DNA from: Myxococcales bacterium
GTDB lineage: Bacteria; Myxococcota_A; Polyangia; Polyangiales; DASUME01
DNA length: 64,000 nt
Assembly: GCA_047601445.1 (NCBI GenBank)
Contig: JASGJH010000001.1
Location: forward strand, 3,552,001 to 3,616,000
Reading direction: 5' to 3'
In this document: positions 61,297-64,000 of the stretch, piece after piece
Layout: each line of letters starts with the position of its first letter
Numbering within the stretch: the stretch's first letter is position 1
Position numbers and translations under genes: made by a program
Notes under the pieces: generated by a model
The model's database searches: none
What the model saw: only the letters and a program-made list of their open reading frames with translations
What the model was told of the DNA's origin: nothing

Positions 61297-62121
61297 ATGG
61301 TGGCGCGGCAACGAACGACGAATGCGAGTTTCGAAGGCGCTTTCGGGCACTGGTTCGTGCTGGTCGCACTGCTCGCCATGCTGGCGGTGAACCTGCTCGC
61401 GAGCTGGTTACCGCTCAACGGTCAAACCACCGCCGAGCTCGCGGCCCGCTTCAGCGAACGCTTCCGCCCGGCGGACTACACCTTCGCGATCTGGCTGCCC
61501 ATCTACGCGGGCCTGCTGGCCTACGCCGTCTTCCAGGCACTGCCCAGTCAGCGCGACAACCCACGCCTCGCCGCCATTCGCAGCCCGTTCATGCTCAGCT
61601 GCGGCGCCAACATGGCCTGGATCTTCTGCTGGCACTACCAGCTGATCGGCGCGTCGATGCTCGCGATGCTTGCCCTGCTCGTGGCGCTGATCTCGATCAA
61701 TCAGCGGCTGCACTGGGGCAATGGCGAACAGCCCCTGGCCGAGCTGTGGTGCGTGGAGGCGCCGTTTCGCATGTATCTGGCGTGGATCTCGGTGGCCAGC
61801 CTGGCGAACCTGAGCGCCTGGGTGGAAGCGCAGGCGTTGTTGCCGGTAGGCATGAGCGGGAGTTCCTTCGCGGTGGGTCTGGTGCTGTTCGCCACGCTGA
61901 TCTCGGCCCTGGTGGGCTGGCTGCGCCACGACGCGTTGTACCTGGCCGTGGTGGCGTGGGCGTTTATCGGCATCGTGGTGCGCAATGGCGCGAGCTCCGC
62001 GGTCTCGGGCGTGGCCATGGGGGGCGTCTTGATCATGGGTGCGTTGATCTTGAGCGCGCTGGCATGGAACCGCCGTCACGGCGCCGAGCCCCCCTTCCAC
62101 AGCGCGGGCACCGCGATTTAA
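61297..62121 (+). CDS. TspO/MBR-like tryptophan-rich membrane protein
   Basis: VN.LA..LPLNG.TT, PADYTFAIW..IY, NMAWIFCWHY, YLAWISVA..AN and WAFIGI. Confidence 0.82.
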   Translation: MVARQRTTNASFEGAFGHWFVLVALLAMLAVNLLASWLPLNGQTTAELAARFSERFRPADYTFAIWLPIYAGLLAYAVFQALPSQRDNPRLAAIRSPFMLSCGANMAWIFCWHYQLIGASMLAMLALLVALISINQRLHWGNGEQPLAELWCVEAPFRMYLAWISVASLANLSAWVEAQALLPVGMSGSSFAVGLVLFATLISALVGWLRHDALYLAVVAWAFIGIVVRNGASSAVSGVAMGGVLIMGALILSALAWNRRHGAEPPFHSAGTAI

Positions 62122-62124
62122 TCA

Positions 62125-62274
62125 TCGGGGAGGTCACGCGACCTCCCCGCCCGGCGCGGCAAAGCCGCGACGGGACCCACCCCTCCGCGACGTTCGCGGC
62201 GCACACGCGGCGTGCTCGTATTCCTCTGAGGTCACGCGACCTCCCCGACCGGCGCGGCAAAGCCGCGACGGGAC
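62125..62274. repeat. Doublet of 47-bp REP-like hairpin elements between convergent genes
   Basis: 62130-62176 and 62228-62274 differ at one base; each holds GAGGTC-acgc-GACCTC and CGCGGC-aaa-GCCGCG hairpins. Confidence 0.85.
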
Positions 62275-62285
62275 TCCATGGCTGA

Positions 62286-62915
62286 CTAGAGCAACTCGGA
62301 CGGCACCAGGAGCTTCGCCATCCAACTCCGGAAGCGCGCGGCGCCCTGGCGCTCGTCCATGCCCGCGATCTTGCGCATGGTGGGGCCGGCCACGCTCTCG
62401 CCGATGGCACTCAGGGTCACGAGCAAGAGGCGGAAGACCGTATCCTCGTAGGCCACCGTGGCGCCTGGAGCGGCCGCGAGCCTCTTCTGGTGCACGACCT
62501 CCGCCAGCACCTTGAGCTGGGAACGACTGCTGTCAGGGGCGTGCCCCGAGAGCAAGAGCCAGCTCAGCACACGCCCGTGGCCCTTACCGACCAGCACCGC
62601 GAAGGTTTGTTCGACGGCGGACAATAGCGCCGCGTCGCCCGCGGGCTGGGCCGCGGAGATGGAGCGGATCAAGTCCTCCTCCAGGCTCACAAACGCCCGC
62701 GCCACCACGGCCTGGATCAGGCCCTCGCGGTTTCCGAAGTGGTGCAGCACGGCGGGGTGGGAGATCCCCACGTCGGCAGCGATCTGCTGCAGGCGCAGGC
62801 CGTCGGGACCGTGCTCGAGCAGGTGTCGCTCGGCCACGTCGAGGATCTCCGCGCGTGTCTCGTCGGCGTTGCGGCGCACACGTTTTACGGGGGTTTTGGG
62901 CTTGCGGCTTGACAC
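62286..62915 (-). CDS. TetR/AcrR family transcriptional regulator
   Basis: TRAEILDVA...G......IAADVGISHPAVLHHFGNREGL. Confidence 0.92.
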   Translation of the reverse strand: MSSRKPKTPVKRVRRNADETRAEILDVAERHLLEHGPDGLRLQQIAADVGISHPAVLHHFGNREGLIQAVVARAFVSLEEDLIRSISAAQPAGDAALLSAVEQTFAVLVGKGHGRVLSWLLLSGHAPDSSRSQLKVLAEVVHQKRLAAAPGATVAYEDTVFRLLLVTLSAIGESVAGPTMRKIAGMDERQGAARFRSWMAKLLVPSELL

Positions 62916-62951
62916 GAGGAGGGGCTCGGCAGATACTTACAAAGTTGTTAG
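62909..62951 (+). promoter_or_regulatory. Sigma70-like promoter with overlapping palindromic operator for the Coq4-like gene
   Basis: TTGACA (62909-62914), 17-bp spacer, GATACT (62932-62937); imperfect palindrome CTTACAA-ag-TTGTTAG at 62936-62951. Confidence 0.55.
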
Positions 62952-62997
62952 CACGGGCATCGCGAGATGCCGCGCGAGGACGTCAGGAGGATTCGTG

Positions 62998-63738
62998 ATG
63001 CGCGAACTGCACCCTGGACAACTGCGTATCGGCGAGGCGCTGCGGGCCCTGAAGGCCCTGGTGGAGAATCCGGAGGACACCGCCCAAGTCTTTCGCATCA
63101 TCGAGGCCTTGTCCGGGAGAAATGCCCTCCACAACGCCGAGCGCATGGCCCGCTCCCCGAGCGGCAAACGCCTACTGCGCGACACCCCGGACCTCTTGCC
63201 GCAGCTGCTCGACCGCGCGCGCCTCGAGGCCTTGCCCGAGCACAGCCTGGGGCGCGCCTACCTGCGCTTCTTGGCGGCCGAGGGCATCACGGTGGAGGGG
63301 CTGTATCAGGCCAGCATCGACGGGCGTGGACTCGAAGCCCACCAGCTCCCCCCGGACGTCGAGTACTTCCGCAATCGCATGCGCGACACGCACGACCTCT
63401 GGCATGTGGTCACCGGCTATCAGGGCGACATCGTGGGCGAAGCCGCCCTGCTCGCGTTCTCGTTCGCGCAGGTGCACAACCTGGGCGTGGGCTTGATCGC
63501 CAGCGTGGCCTTCGTGCGCGGCCCCCAAGGCGAGATGCGCCGTGAGATCCTGCACGGCTTCGCGCGAGGCGTGCGGGCCCGCTGGTTGCCGGCGGTGGAG
63601 TGGGAGGAGCTGCTTGCCTTGCCGCTCGCAGAGGTGCGCGCGCGCTTGAGGGTCGGCCCGCCCAGGCCCTACCAGCCCGTGCGAGCGCGGGACTGGGCCG
63701 TGGCCCCGCGGCCAGAACGCCCGCGCCAAGCTGCCTGA
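62998..63738 (+). CDS. Coq4 family protein
   Basis: AGGAGG RBS; P.DT.QVFRI..AL, L.ALP..SLGRAY..F and HDLWHVVTGY.....GE (HDxxH...E metal motif). Confidence 0.88.
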   Translation: MRELHPGQLRIGEALRALKALVENPEDTAQVFRIIEALSGRNALHNAERMARSPSGKRLLRDTPDLLPQLLDRARLEALPEHSLGRAYLRFLAAEGITVEGLYQASIDGRGLEAHQLPPDVEYFRNRMRDTHDLWHVVTGYQGDIVGEAALLAFSFAQVHNLGVGLIASVAFVRGPQGEMRREILHGFARGVRARWLPAVEWEELLALPLAEVRARLRVGPPRPYQPVRARDWAVAPRPERPRQAA

Positions 63739-63739
63739 G

Positions 63740-63850
63740 TCCGGAGGACGGAAGTGCCTTCCCTTCCGGGTCCTACGCCCGCTCGTTGGGCTTTGACCGG
63801 TGAGCCCAACCGGTTGGCCCCCGCGCCCCCCACTCCGAATTCCGCCAAGG
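63740..63850 (-). ncRNA. Candidate structured non-coding RNA (family not identified)
   Basis: On the minus strand, an outer G-rich/pyrimidine-rich helix with G-U pairs encloses an 8-bp hairpin (63785-63810) and a CCC-GGAA-GGG GNRA hairpin (63761-63770). Confidence 0.35.
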
Positions 63851-63950
63851 ACTAGCGTCACTCGGACATTGAGCTGCGAGGGAGGGCCCACGCCCTTCTG
63901 GCCGTCCCATGGGGTCGCGCCTCTTCGCTTGCTCGACAGGAGTCCGAGAC

Positions 63951-64000
63951 ATGCCCTTCGTTCGCCGTTCTGTCCTTGGCCTCGCTTTCGCAGCGCTCAC
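63951..64000 (+). CDS. Start of a probable exported protein (truncated by the window edge)
   Basis: AGGAG RBS, then ATG at 63951: MPFVRRSVLGLAFAAL, signal-peptide-like. Confidence 0.5.
   Translation, partial: MPFVRRSVLGLAFAAL

Noticed and set aside
62130..62274. Two 47-bp repeats with a 51-bp spacer read as a mini CRISPR array
   Set aside because: Only two units, no cas genes or AT-rich leader, and part of the 'spacer' recurs in the copy at 16827-16908.

Overview
This 64 kb window is high-GC chromosomal DNA from a myxobacterium. A MYXO-CTERM sorting signal, a TIGR02266/PilZ-like gene and a Ser/Thr kinase-TPR/PEGA-lipoprotein cluster point to Myxococcota, probably a Polyangiales-type lineage (inference). 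About 50 genes are present, covering metabolism (hppD, SDR, catechol O-methyltransferase, shikimate dehydrogenase-like, Baeyer-Villiger monooxygenase, enoyl-CoA hydratase), signalling (two hybrid histidine kinases, two diguanylate cyclases, an OmpR pair, AraC/MarR/TetR), transport (RND pair, ABC-2 pair) and secreted/lipoproteins, plus a MutS-V-only ATPase, a SWIM-SNF2 ATPase, a bactofilin and Prc. I saw no rRNA, tRNA, CRISPR-Cas, transposase, integrase or phage gene. The strongest window-wide signal is that all ten clear frameshifts, in nine otherwise intact genes, are single-base insertions in or beside GATC. This most likely reflects long-read basecalling error at a modified GATC motif, so these genes are treated as real CDSs. 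Other points of interest: two head-to-head heptamer arrays between convergent genes, a dispersed REP-like element in three copies, an uncharacterised DUF4407-like three-gene membrane operon, a Coq7-like/SDR/O-methyltransferase micro-cluster, an orphan solute-binding lipoprotein coupled to a Ser/Thr kinase, a split LamG domain and two ncRNA candidates. All family calls come from motif recognition by eye; no searches were run.
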